Source of the DNA: a bacterium
Lineage (GTDB): Bacteria; Electryoneota; Electryoneia; Electryoneales; Electryoneaceae
Assembly: GCA_020444425.1 (NCBI GenBank)
Contig: JAHLLB010000001.1
Location: forward strand, 266,938-330,937
Length of the DNA: 64,000 bases
Reading direction: 5' to 3'
Made by a program: the position numbers and the translations under genes. Within the stretch, counting starts at the first letter, position 1. Every line of letters begins with the position of its first letter. Under the pieces are notes generated by a model. That model worked only from the letters and a program-made list of their open reading frames with translations, did no database searches and was not told the DNA's origin. Positions 37,960 to 47,466 of the stretch are shown piece by piece.

Positions 37960-40128
37960 ATGCCTTCAACCCCTGGAAACAAGAAAGCCGCGCCGCTCGA
38001 ACTGCCGGTCGCGTACCTGCGCGGGATCGGTCCACGCAAGGCCAGCGCATTCAAGCAGGTCGGCGTAACCACGCTCCGTGACCTGCTGTACTACGTTCCC
38101 CGCCGTTACATCGACCGCAGCACCGCGACGAAAATCGGGTCCATCCGTGGCGAGACCAAGGGTGAGGTCTCGATCATCGGCCGGATCACCGAAGTGCAGA
38201 TGGTCAAGGGCCGGGGTGGAACCAACCGTTACGAAGCCGCGCTCGACGACGGCACCGGCACGTTGCACCTGATCTGGTTCCGGCAGACCAACCGTGTCCG
38301 CAAATGGATCACCGAGGGCTTTTCGGCTGTCTTCTCGGGCAAGGTGAACATGTATGGCGGCATCCCGCAGATCGCGCACCCGGAGGTGATGTCGCTGTCC
38401 AAGGGCGAGGCGGTGGATCTGCAGCAAGGCAAGGGCCGTTGGATCGCTTTGTACCCGGGCGGGAAAGAGTTCGACAAAGTCGATCTCGACCAGCGCGCGT
38501 TGCGAAACCTGATGGACCGCGCGGTTGGCGAATATGTCCATTCGGTGCCGGAAATCTGGCCGCAGCAGTTGCTCGACCAGTTCAAGCTGCCGACGCTCAG
38601 CGACGGACTGCGCATGGTACACCGTCCGCACAACGCGAAGGAGCGTGACCTCGGTTGGAAACGGCTCAAGTTCGACGAGCTCGTGTTGTTCCAGTTGCTG
38701 TGGTCATGGTCACGACGGCGGAACCGTGACAAGGTGAAAGGGATCGCCTACCCGGAAGTCGGCGGGTTGACCCGCGCTCTGATCGAGGAAAAGCTGCCGT
38801 TCCAGTTGACGGATGCTCAGAAACGGGTCATGCGTGAGATATGGAACGACATGAAGCAGCCGCACCCGATGACACGTCTGTTGCAGGGCGATGTTGGCTC
38901 GGGCAAGACGGTGATTGCGTTGATCGCGATGTGTATCGCCGTCGAAAATGGGCACCAGGCGGCGTTAATGGCGCCGACCGAAATCCTCGCTGAACAGCAC
39001 TGGCTGACCAGTCGTAAATTCCTTGACAATCTTGACATCCACGTCGACCTGCTCACCGGCAGCATGTCGGAAAAGGAGCGGCGCGGCAAGTACGAGCGCC
39101 TGTCGCAAGGCCAGCCGGGAATTATCATCGGCACGCACGCCCTGATCCAGGACAAGGTGAAGTTGCCGAATCTCGGCCTCACCATCATTGACGAACAGCA
39201 CCGTTTCGGTGTCGCGCAACGATTGAAGCTGATGGAACCGGACCATGTCAAGGGCCGCAATTTCGACGGGTCGGATCTGCTGCGGCCGGACGTGCTGGTA
39301 ATGACCGCGACCCCCATCCCCCGCTCGCTGGCGTTGACGCTGTACGGCGACCTCGATGTCAGCCGGTTGGACGAAATGCCGCCGGGACGTGGAATGGTCA
39401 CGACCAAGGCCTACAACGCCGATTTCGAGCGGCAGAAAATTTATCAGCAGATTGCGGGACGAGTGCGCAAAGGCGACCGTGCCTATGTCATTTTCCCGCT
39501 CGTGGAACAATCGGAGAAGCTCGACCTCGCCGCTGCGGAAACCGGGCATGAGGAGTTGTCCGCCGGTGCCTTCAAAGGGCTGAAGGTCGGCCTGTTGCAC
39601 GGCCGGATGAAGATGGAGGAAAAGGCGGAGGCGATGCGCAAGTTCGCGTCCGGGGAAACGCCGGTGCTGGTCTCAACGACCGTTGTCGAAGTCGGTGTCG
39701 ATGTGCCGGAAGCGACGATCATGATCATCGAACACGCCGAGCGTTTCGGCCTTAGCCAGCTGCACCAGTTGCGTGGGCGAATCGGACGTGGCGGACGCGA
39801 TGGCTTCTGCTGCCTGTTCTTCTATCCCCCACTCGGCCGCACGGCGGAAGGGCGATTGTCGATCATGCAGAAGACGACGGACGGCTTTGTCATTGCCGAG
39901 GAAGATCTGCGGCTGCGCGGCATGGGTGACTTTTTCGGTGTCAAGCAGAGCGGTCTGCCACCGTTGCGTTTCTCGGATATCGTCGAGGATCAGGATCTGG
40001 TGCGTCTCACGCGCAAGGTCGCGGATGACCTGATCAACCAGAGTCCCGACCTGAGACAATTCCCTGCGCTCGAAAAGGAATTCCGCCGGACGGCGCTGGG
40101 GCGTGTTGGCTGGCTCGAGGCGGGGTGA
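37960..40128 (+). CDS. recG: ATP-dependent DNA helicase RecG
   Basis: RLLQGDVGSGKT, MAPTEILAEQH, DEQHRFG, MTATPIPR, QLHQLRGRIGRG. Confidence 0.97.
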   Translation: MPSTPGNKKAAPLELPVAYLRGIGPRKASAFKQVGVTTLRDLLYYVPRRYIDRSTATKIGSIRGETKGEVSIIGRITEVQMVKGRGGTNRYEAALDDGTGTLHLIWFRQTNRVRKWITEGFSAVFSGKVNMYGGIPQIAHPEVMSLSKGEAVDLQQGKGRWIALYPGGKEFDKVDLDQRALRNLMDRAVGEYVHSVPEIWPQQLLDQFKLPTLSDGLRMVHRPHNAKERDLGWKRLKFDELVLFQLLWSWSRRRNRDKVKGIAYPEVGGLTRALIEEKLPFQLTDAQKRVMREIWNDMKQPHPMTRLLQGDVGSGKTVIALIAMCIAVENGHQAALMAPTEILAEQHWLTSRKFLDNLDIHVDLLTGSMSEKERRGKYERLSQGQPGIIIGTHALIQDKVKLPNLGLTIIDEQHRFGVAQRLKLMEPDHVKGRNFDGSDLLRPDVLVMTATPIPRSLALTLYGDLDVSRLDEMPPGRGMVTTKAYNADFERQKIYQQIAGRVRKGDRAYVIFPLVEQSEKLDLAAAETGHEELSAGAFKGLKVGLLHGRMKMEEKAEAMRKFASGETPVLVSTTVVEVGVDVPEATIMIIEHAERFGLSQLHQLRGRIGRGGRDGFCCLFFYPPLGRTAEGRLSIMQKTTDGFVIAEEDLRLRGMGDFFGVKQSGLPPLRFSDIVEDQDLVRLTRKVADDLINQSPDLRQFPALEKEFRRTALGRVGWLEAG

Positions 40129-40201
40129 TCTGAGTGGTGAGTGGTGAGTAAAACAACACATCCTCTAAACAACAAATCCACCAGTTTCGATATGGACGAA
40201 A

Positions 40202-40235
40202 TCCAAAGGTCGCGACAGATGTCGCGACCTTTGGA
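40202..40235. terminator. Perfect 16-bp-stem palindrome between convergent genes (terminator or REP)
   Basis: TCCAAAGGTCGCGACA-GA-TGTCGCGACCTTTGGA. Confidence 0.65.
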
Positions 40236-40265
40236 ATGAAAGCTTGCCTGGTACCGGGCCTGTGG

Positions 40266-43200
40266 TTAGAAGTCCGCTCCGATGGAGAAATAGTATCTCG
40301 GTTTGGTGACGGTGTCCAGCTCGTTCTTCCACGCCATGTCCCATTTCAGCAAGAAAATGCCTAGATTGGCCCGGAATCCCCAGCCGTAGCCCATGTGGAA
40401 ATCGTCGAACTGGGCGTTCCCGTCGGGCGGGTCATCAATGAAGCGGAAGAAGTCGTCACTCCACACCGCGCCGGCGTCGAGGAAAATTGCGCCACGGATG
40501 TTGCTGAAGTAGAATGGTAGCGGCCACCCGAACAGCACCTGGCGAATCAATGGGAAGCGGAACTCGTTGTTCAGCAGCACGTACCGGTTGCCGTAATCCT
40601 CATAGTAATCCGCGCCACGCAACGGCGTCGCGAACCCGGAGAAGTAGATATCCTCGATGTCATCCCGGATGTACCCGCCCTCGAAGCGACGGTTGATCCA
40701 GTTGCTGACACCGCCGAGGAAGAAGGTCTGCGGGTGTTGGCCGAAACTGGCCGCACCAGACAGACGGAACGCGAAGCTGTAGTCCAGGCCAACGTGGTAA
40801 TACTTGCGCGCGTCCAGCGACACGGTCTGGAAATCCAGTCCCCATAAATCCTTGGACGTCTTCGGGTCTTCTCCGTCGAGGTCCGGACTGTAGGCAAATC
40901 CGATACGATACCGGTGTCCGTTCAGCGGACCAGTCCAGCCCCAGAGGGTGTTGTCGTGGACGTACGCAATCGACGGCAGGATGAAGTGCATCTTGCGGTC
41001 AGGGATATAGTCGTAGCGATCGTAATCCCAGCGGTCGCGGTCGATGTTGACCAGGCTGGCGGAGAAGTCGAACCGGTTGTAGCGTGAGAATGGGTAGCTC
41101 ACGGTTCCGGACGCACCCCAGTTGCGGTCACGGATATCGCCACCGTCGAAGAAGTAGACGTTGTGGAACGCGCCGCCACCGAAGTCCCACCGTTCCGGCA
41201 AGTGGTAGTAGTAGAGATTGAAGTTGCTGTTCTCGAAGTTGTAGTAGAGGTCGGTTCCAATGAAGATGACATGATTGCCGAGCACGTCGGATATCATGAT
41301 CTGGCCATACCCCTGCAACCCGAAGAACGCACTGTACCCCGCCGCCGCGGAGACAATATCCGGACTGAACTTGAGCTTGTACTTGCGTGGGATGAAACGC
41401 CCGTCCGCGCCAAGGATCGAATCCTGTTCGACGTCGGTGAGTTCGGTGTCGTTGTCGTCGCTTCCACTCCATCCCGCCGGATAGAAGATGAAATTGCGAT
41501 ACGTGCCCGAGGCACCTTCTTCTGCCGGACGGGTCCGCCGTCCAGACACCAGCCGCACCTTTTCCTCGTGCTCGGTGGTATCATTCACCGCCACCGTGGA
41601 GTCCAGCTGCGCTGCTTCGTGCGCGGTCAGGGACGTGTCAGTCACGGTCGAATCGGAAACGTCCAGGTTCAGGTCTTCCTCGTTGACAACGAGCTGGTCT
41701 TCGTCAAGGATGACGGTGCCGTTGCCTATCGCGAACGCCGTATCAAACGGGGATTTCTCAAGCAAGGTTTCGGGTTCGACAGCGAGAGTGTCCATGCTGG
41801 TGCCAACAGAATCGCCAATGGCTTCATGCCCGAGCGCCTCGAGGATTTCCTGTTCTTCCGGACTGCCCGGTTCAACCGGTTTGCCGCCTGTGAGTTGATC
41901 AAGCCACGGGTTTCCATTCGGACCGTTGAGCCCGTTCTCCGCCAGCTCGGTCATCGCCTTCATCCGCGCTTCGAGGTCGTCGGAATCCTTGATGATGCCG
42001 CGCACCTTCTGCTGATAATACGTCAGGCTCGGTTTCTTGCGGCGATCTTCATCGAACGGATTCTTGTACAGGTACAGATCGTACCCAGCGTTGAAGAAAC
42101 TGGCGAAGGCAACACTTCCGTTGTCCGACCAACTCGGCGTGAACACACCCGTCAGGATGTCTGTCGTCGCCCAGGTCTCGTCCGTGTTCAGATCATGCAT
42201 GTACAGGTTGTACGCACCGCTGCGGTCGGAGACGAAGCTGATGACCCCTTCCCTTGAGGTAAACGATGGCGATCGATCCTCATAAACGTCGTTGGTCAGC
42301 CGGGTAATCGTGTTCGTGTCAAGGTTGATCATGTAGACGTCGTGCTGCTCGTAGTTCTGTTCCCACAGGTCCAGAACTGTCCCGCTTGCTGACAGCTTGT
42401 CGCCACGGTCGGAAATAAACAGCACGTCACCATTCGGCCCCCACTCAGGGTCATAGTCGCTGTAACGGTCGTCGGTTACCTTGGCAAGGCTTTCCACATC
42501 GCCGATGTTGAACACGTACAGGTCCGTTTGACCGTCCGCATAGGCGGAGAACAGGATGCGTGACCCATCCGGCGACCAGCTCGGGCTGAACAGGCCGTCG
42601 AGACCGAATTTGTACTCGCCGGTGATTTCGCCGTCGTCAACGTTCAGCGTGTACAGCGCATCCTCGCCGCCGTCTTCCGCGACGAATGCGATGGACCGTC
42701 CATCGGGCGACCAGTCAATCCACGGCCGCAGCCATAGCAACTGCTCAAACAGGTACACCCCGCCGCCGCCACTGACCACCTTCTCCTCGACTTCACCGGT
42801 GACCGTGTTGACCAGGTACATGCTCATGTAGTCGTCCTTGTCGGAGAGCATGATCAATCGATCACCCTCGGGCGACAAGGCCGGAGACGTGTTGACGAAG
42901 TTGTACCACTCTTCATGGTCAGTGATCCGGACCGCAAAATCTTCCGGGGATTCAAAGTGTGCCGCTGTTGGCCAGATCTGGCGCTTCAGATGCTTGTGCC
43001 AGCGTTCGGACAGCTCTTCCAGGTCGTACCCGAGCACATCCTTGACCGCTGTGCCGAAATTCCTCCGGCTGCGGACCTTGCGCAGCAGTTCGCCGACTTT
43101 TTCCGGTCCGTAACGTTCCTCGAGGAAATACAGCAGCGACTGGCCACCCTTGTAGATGAAGTAGCCCTGCAGGTAATCCAGCGGCATCAGGTAATCGTTG

Positions 43201-43877
43201 ATGATCGCGTCGCGGAGGTACATGTCCGCTTCATTTCCCCAGCCGTAGCGGCTTTCGTACTCGGCAATACCTTCAATGAACCACAGCGGTAGCGGCAGAC
43301 GGCTGATCCCGGTGAGGATGCTCTGCACCCCTTCCCCATAGAGCATGCGCAGCATGACCGCGTGCGTCAGCTCATGGTGAATGACGTGCCGGAACATCGA
43401 ATTCGATCCCTGGAATGGGATCACGACACGGTTCTTGAGGAATTCGGTGAAGCCGCCGGTGGATTCGCTGGGTGTACCGCCGCTGACATTGTTGTTCTGG
43501 AACGAGTTGTGACTTGGGAAAACGATAATCGAGATCCGGCCCTCGAGGGTGTAGTTCCACGAATCCTCGATTGCGACCAGCGCTTCTTCCGCTTCCCAGC
43601 CGGTAAACTCGCCCGCTTCGAAATATTCCTGCGGGTAGTAGATATCGAAGTGTTCGGTCTTGAGGAAGTACCACGTGAAATCGCGGTAATTGACCTTGTT
43701 CTGGCCGAAGTACTGCGCGTTCGCAACGGGAATATGCAGCAGCAGCGCGAACAACAGGAGGCCGGCCAACCAGCCGAAGGTGCGTCGTCGAGAGTGCCCG
43801 GCACCAAAGGTCAGGGGGTCAGTGCGATGAAGAGAGCGTCTGTGCGTCAACGGGTGACGCAACTTTGGCGCGAGCAT
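40266..43877 (-). CDS. Omp85-family protein with N-terminal MA-clan (HExxH) peptidase-like domain and PD40/TolB beta-propeller (start uncertain)
   Basis: QYFGQNKV, HELTH and WFIEGIAEY, repeated PSWSPDG, acidic linker, PLRGADY, C-terminal YYFSIGADF. Confidence 0.85.
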   Translation of the reverse strand: MLAPKLRHPLTHRRSLHRTDPLTFGAGHSRRRTFGWLAGLLLFALLLHIPVANAQYFGQNKVNYRDFTWYFLKTEHFDIYYPQEYFEAGEFTGWEAEEALVAIEDSWNYTLEGRISIIVFPSHNSFQNNNVSGGTPSESTGGFTEFLKNRVVIPFQGSNSMFRHVIHHELTHAVMLRMLYGEGVQSILTGISRLPLPLWFIEGIAEYESRYGWGNEADMYLRDAIINDYLMPLDYLQGYFIYKGGQSLLYFLEERYGPEKVGELLRKVRSRRNFGTAVKDVLGYDLEELSERWHKHLKRQIWPTAAHFESPEDFAVRITDHEEWYNFVNTSPALSPEGDRLIMLSDKDDYMSMYLVNTVTGEVEEKVVSGGGGVYLFEQLLWLRPWIDWSPDGRSIAFVAEDGGEDALYTLNVDDGEITGEYKFGLDGLFSPSWSPDGSRILFSAYADGQTDLYVFNIGDVESLAKVTDDRYSDYDPEWGPNGDVLFISDRGDKLSASGTVLDLWEQNYEQHDVYMINLDTNTITRLTNDVYEDRSPSFTSREGVISFVSDRSGAYNLYMHDLNTDETWATTDILTGVFTPSWSDNGSVAFASFFNAGYDLYLYKNPFDEDRRKKPSLTYYQQKVRGIIKDSDDLEARMKAMTELAENGLNGPNGNPWLDQLTGGKPVEPGSPEEQEILEALGHEAIGDSVGTSMDTLAVEPETLLEKSPFDTAFAIGNGTVILDEDQLVVNEEDLNLDVSDSTVTDTSLTAHEAAQLDSTVAVNDTTEHEEKVRLVSGRRTRPAEEGASGTYRNFIFYPAGWSGSDDNDTELTDVEQDSILGADGRFIPRKYKLKFSPDIVSAAAGYSAFFGLQGYGQIMISDVLGNHVIFIGTDLYYNFENSNFNLYYYHLPERWDFGGGAFHNVYFFDGGDIRDRNWGASGTVSYPFSRYNRFDFSASLVNIDRDRWDYDRYDYIPDRKMHFILPSIAYVHDNTLWGWTGPLNGHRYRIGFAYSPDLDGEDPKTSKDLWGLDFQTVSLDARKYYHVGLDYSFAFRLSGAASFGQHPQTFFLGGVSNWINRRFEGGYIRDDIEDIYFSGFATPLRGADYYEDYGNRYVLLNNEFRFPLIRQVLFGWPLPFYFSNIRGAIFLDAGAVWSDDFFRFIDDPPDGNAQFDDFHMGYGWGFRANLGIFLLKWDMAWKNELDTVTKPRYYFSIGADF

Positions 43878-44035
43878 AATGCCACTCGTGTCGGTAAATG
43901 AAGAACCCATTGCAGATCGTATACTCGCTGGTGAGCGTTGAAGATCCAACCCCGTAAGGTAGGCGCTGGAGTTCGTGGAAAACAGCCCACGTTGAACAAT
44001 GCAGGCAGCCTTCGTGTTTGCCGCGAGATCTCCGG

Positions 44036-45745
44036 TCACTTGCCGCCGCTCCAGTCACTTCGCCGCTGCTCCGAGACACGAAGCATCTCGTTCACCCGGT
44101 GCCGGACGGTGTGCCCCTCGAGCACAGCTTTACGCATCCTTTCCCCGATCTCCGCTCGCAGACTCGGCTTCGCAATCAGTTCGCTGACCTTCGTCTGCAA
44201 ATCAGCGGCGGACGTGAACGCAATCCTGTCCGCCAGCTCTGCACCGAACAATTCCGGCAACGCCGCGAGATCATCGTTGAGCACCGCTCGGCCGCACGCT
44301 CCCACATCAAACGGCCGCTGGTTCGGATGGGTCTGCATCTGCAGGTTTGTCAACGAGATGTGCACGGCATCGGTTCGGTACAGTTTCGGCAAATCGGTGT
44401 AGAAATCCAGCGGTTCGCGCAGCTCGATGCGTTCGTCCAGCAGTCCTTCCCAGCCCATGCCGAAGACCGTCAGGTGATTGGACGCGAGAGAATTCAACAG
44501 GTTTACCCGGTACGCCAGGTTCGCCTGCTGTACCGCATAGGCCGGGAGCCGCCGCTTGGCTTCCAGATCCAAAGTTTTCTCAGGATCGAGCGTTCCGAGC
44601 AGCTCGTCAACGCGTTCGTGTGCTGGCGGTTGGCGTGTCCGCAGGATCTCCGTTTCCAGTGCACGCGCCGCCTTGCCCGCAATTTCGGACTTGTCCAGCG
44701 CGGCAAAGAAGCCGAACGTGCTCGCAAACCTCGGGCTACCGACGAACACGACACGTCCCGTCAGCTCGGCGAATCCGTCACCTGGTTTGAACAGGGTCTC
44801 GTCCGTGGCGAGTGGTAATGGGTGCGCGTTCGGAAAGCCGGCGTCCCGCCAACCGTCGATCCCGTTGCGGTCCCAGCAGAAGCCGATGCGTTGCCGGCCA
44901 GCGCCGTGGATTTCATCCGGATGCAACAGGAAGCGCGGATCATCCAGCAGCCACGTTGCCCACGCTACCCCCGCCTGCTCACACGCCTCCGGCAGCAGGC
45001 CGATTTCGTCCGATCCACGATTGTTCGTGGACAGCACCAGGTCAGGCGTATGGGTGTTAAGCAAGTCCAACGCCGACGTGGCGTTGAGTCCGGTCAATGC
45101 AGTCTGTTGAATGTGTGTCACATGGATCGAGCGGCGCTGCAGTTCGCTTAGCAGTTCACGTTCATACAGCCCCCCACTGCCGACAAACAGCACCCGGCGG
45201 ATGGCGGGATCGGTCGCTCGAGCTGGTTCTGCTGTATGATGGCGGGCGACGTGCACGTCCAGCGCGCCGTAGAAGCCGGGAAACGCCTTCGTCTCGCGCG
45301 GATGCCGAACGATGACCGCGTCCGGATAGCGGTCCAGAAACGGCTGCACGTGGTCCCGCCACACACGCGCCGGGTCGTCATCCGCGACGAGAGACATCTC
45401 TTCGGAGGCGTCTGCGAAACGGCGGTTGATGCGTTTCACGTTCGCGTCAAGTAGCGCCCGCGAACGAACCACCGCCAGCGCCGGCGTGTAGCCCTCTTCG
45501 AGTGCGGTCCGTGTGAAGTATCCGCTTCCGGATCCCAGCAACAGCAACGGCGTTCCCGGCTTACATCCGGCCTTCAGCAAGGTGCGAGTTGCTTCTCCAC
45601 GGGGCTCGTAGGGCGAGTCGATGGCTTTCAGACCGGTCGGCGTTTCAAGGCTATAGGCTGTCCACAAGCCGCCGCGCGCGAGTTCTTCGCTTACGTGTTC
45701 GACCAGCGATTCCGGCAGATTGTCGCTCACTCGCAGAGTCTTCAT
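44036..45745 (-). CDS. Glycosyltransferase, CgeB/Glyco_trans_1_2-like, with Maf-like N-terminal domain
   Basis: WLLDDP, LPLATD, VVFVGS, VFGMGW, NQRPFDVGACG; N-terminal SPYEPRGEA...LLGSGSGY. Confidence 0.75.
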   Translation of the reverse strand: MKTLRVSDNLPESLVEHVSEELARGGLWTAYSLETPTGLKAIDSPYEPRGEATRTLLKAGCKPGTPLLLLGSGSGYFTRTALEEGYTPALAVVRSRALLDANVKRINRRFADASEEMSLVADDDPARVWRDHVQPFLDRYPDAVIVRHPRETKAFPGFYGALDVHVARHHTAEPARATDPAIRRVLFVGSGGLYERELLSELQRRSIHVTHIQQTALTGLNATSALDLLNTHTPDLVLSTNNRGSDEIGLLPEACEQAGVAWATWLLDDPRFLLHPDEIHGAGRQRIGFCWDRNGIDGWRDAGFPNAHPLPLATDETLFKPGDGFAELTGRVVFVGSPRFASTFGFFAALDKSEIAGKAARALETEILRTRQPPAHERVDELLGTLDPEKTLDLEAKRRLPAYAVQQANLAYRVNLLNSLASNHLTVFGMGWEGLLDERIELREPLDFYTDLPKLYRTDAVHISLTNLQMQTHPNQRPFDVGACGRAVLNDDLAALPELFGAELADRIAFTSAADLQTKVSELIAKPSLRAEIGERMRKAVLEGHTVRHRVNEMLRVSEQRRSDWSGGK

Positions 45746-46536
45746 ACAGCCATTCCGGGCAGGGGTTCATCGGGGACGGAAATCGTCTCGCGGTCGTGGT
45801 GTTTCTGCAGGAACCATTCCATGTCCGTCTGCCACTTGCTGTCGGAGGCGGACGCACCGCCGGAATCATGCAGCACCAGCAGCGGAAGGGTCCAATTCTT
45901 TAATCCGGCATTGTGCGCACTGAGGCAGAAGTCCATGTCGTAGAAATGGAAATGGTCTGGATCGCCGCTGCGGGGCGGTATGTCGCGCACCGTCCCGGCG
46001 CGTGCCGCCATCAGCAGACCATCGACCACGAGCACACGGGACCACCCGCCGTACGCGTTGACGCGCAATCCTTCCGGACGGCGATGCAGCACCATGCCAC
46101 TGAGCTTCTCATGCTGCCACCAGCCGCGTCCCGGGGTCATTTCGCAGCTTCCGGCAACTCCGGCGAATCCGAAATCCGGCTGGCTGGCCAGTTTACGCAG
46201 GATCACCCACCACGCCGGTCCCTGGGGTGTGGGTTCGATCCAGGTTTTCAGCGGTGCCTGCAGTTGAGCCGGCAGGCCGTTGATCGTCTCGAGGGTTGCG
46301 GGAACAATATCCTGATGCACGAACAGCATCAGGCTGTCGCGGCTGGGTATCATGCGCGCCGCGTTGTGGTAAGCTACTCGGAGTGAGTCCACCTGTCCCA
46401 GCCGCATCGGGTTAACGGTCGCGTACGGTTCGAGCACGTCACGGAATCCAGCTTCCATGCGCTCCAACCGCTCGGAGTCGTCCCCGGTGCTGACAAGGTA
46501 CAGGGTATCGGGATGTTGCGGAGTCGATTTGTTCAC
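45742..46536 (-). CDS. GT2-like glycosyltransferase (Glyco_tranf_2_5-like)
   Basis: AYHNAA, LFVHQD, GFAGVAG, VVDGLLMA, FHFYDMDFCL; 4-nt overlap with the downstream GT. Confidence 0.78.
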   Translation of the reverse strand: MNKSTPQHPDTLYLVSTGDDSERLERMEAGFRDVLEPYATVNPMRLGQVDSLRVAYHNAARMIPSRDSLMLFVHQDIVPATLETINGLPAQLQAPLKTWIEPTPQGPAWWVILRKLASQPDFGFAGVAGSCEMTPGRGWWQHEKLSGMVLHRRPEGLRVNAYGGWSRVLVVDGLLMAARAGTVRDIPPRSGDPDHFHFYDMDFCLSAHNAGLKNWTLPLLVLHDSGGASASDSKWQTDMEWFLQKHHDRETISVPDEPLPGMAV

Positions 46537-46614
46537 GCCGGAAAGTACAATCCCGTGCGCAGCATCGCCTCGTCAACACCCGGTGCAGATGGATTGCGGA
46601 GAACGCCCGGGCGC

Positions 46615-47064
46615 TCAGTGATGGTGATGGCCACCCTTGCACAGCGACCCTCGCGGATCCGCGACAAACTCGCCCATGCGGTACTTTTCGACGATCGCCT
46701 CGACCGTGCGTTCCCGGGTGTACATCACGTCGATGCCGGCTGCACAGAAGTCCTGTTGCAGGCGCGGTCCCATCCCCAACGCGATAACCACATCGACACC
46801 GCGCAGGTTGTCGATCATCGTCGCATGGCTGTGATGGTGGCCGTTACCTTGCCCCTGGCCCTGGCCAAAACCCTGTCCGAGTTGCTGGTTGCCGCCGTGC
46901 TCCTGCCCGTGGGCATGCTGCTGGTGATGATGCGGGCTGTCATGTTTTACGAAGCGGGGTTCTGAAACTTGCGAATCGTTGACCTCGTAGACGAGGAACC
47001 CGGCCGCACGTCCCGTGTGGGGAATCAGGCCGTGGTTCTCATCAACGGGTATCGCGATGGTCAT
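46615..47064 (-). CDS. NifB/NifX (Nitro_FeMo-Co) family protein with His-rich insert
   Basis: IAIPVD...PHTGRAAGFLVY, DVVIALGMGPR; AAGGAGA RBS. Confidence 0.85.
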   Translation of the reverse strand: MTIAIPVDENHGLIPHTGRAAGFLVYEVNDSQVSEPRFVKHDSPHHHQQHAHGQEHGGNQQLGQGFGQGQGQGNGHHHSHATMIDNLRGVDVVIALGMGPRLQQDFCAAGIDVMYTRERTVEAIVEKYRMGEFVADPRGSLCKGGHHHH

Positions 47065-47236
47065 CTCACCATCTCCTTGATGTTAATCCTGGCGTAATGG
47101 ATGCTCTCACTGCCGGCTGATGTGCCGAATTTCAGCTATGCCGGTTTGTAGAGAGAAACGGCACCGCAACGTAACCGTCATGGGAGCCCCCCAACCACCA
47201 CGCGATTCGCGCCACGATGCCATCTGCTTGTGTTTT

Positions 47237-47252
47237 AGCAATCTCTGCACCA
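47237..47252 (-). promoter_or_regulatory. Sigma54 (-24/-12) promoter for the NifX-like gene
   Basis: Minus strand reads TGGTGCAGAGATTGCT (GG-N10-GC with TTGC), adjacent to a divergent sigma54 activator. Confidence 0.7.
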
Positions 47253-47349
47253 AAAACAGCCAGTGTCTCGAGGCACAGAGATCTCGTTAAATACCAGCCA
47301 ACTAACCGGCCTCCAACTCTCCTGACTGGTTGACTGATCGTACCAGACT

Positions 47350-47371
47350 TGAAACAGTCCTCTGAAACAGT
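47350..47371. promoter_or_regulatory. Candidate enhancer (UAS): direct repeat TGAAACAGT x2
   Basis: Copies at 47350-47358 and 47363-47371, about 100 bp upstream of the -24 box. Confidence 0.45.
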
Positions 47372-47466
47372 TGCATTTCTGCACCATACTCACTATTTTC
47401 TTCTCGAACAACGTAGACCGAGTTTGCCACACCGGCCGACTCCCGAACCCGATCCTGGATCCCCCC

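Noticed and set aside
46615-47064. Nitrogen fixation locus
   Set aside because: Only a stand-alone NifB/NifX-family domain; no nifHDK or other nif genes.
47090-47105. Plus-strand GG-N10-GC (TGGCGTAATGGATGCT) as a sigma54 promoter
   Set aside because: Poorer -12 match and far from the activator start; the minus-strand site at 47237-47252 fits better.
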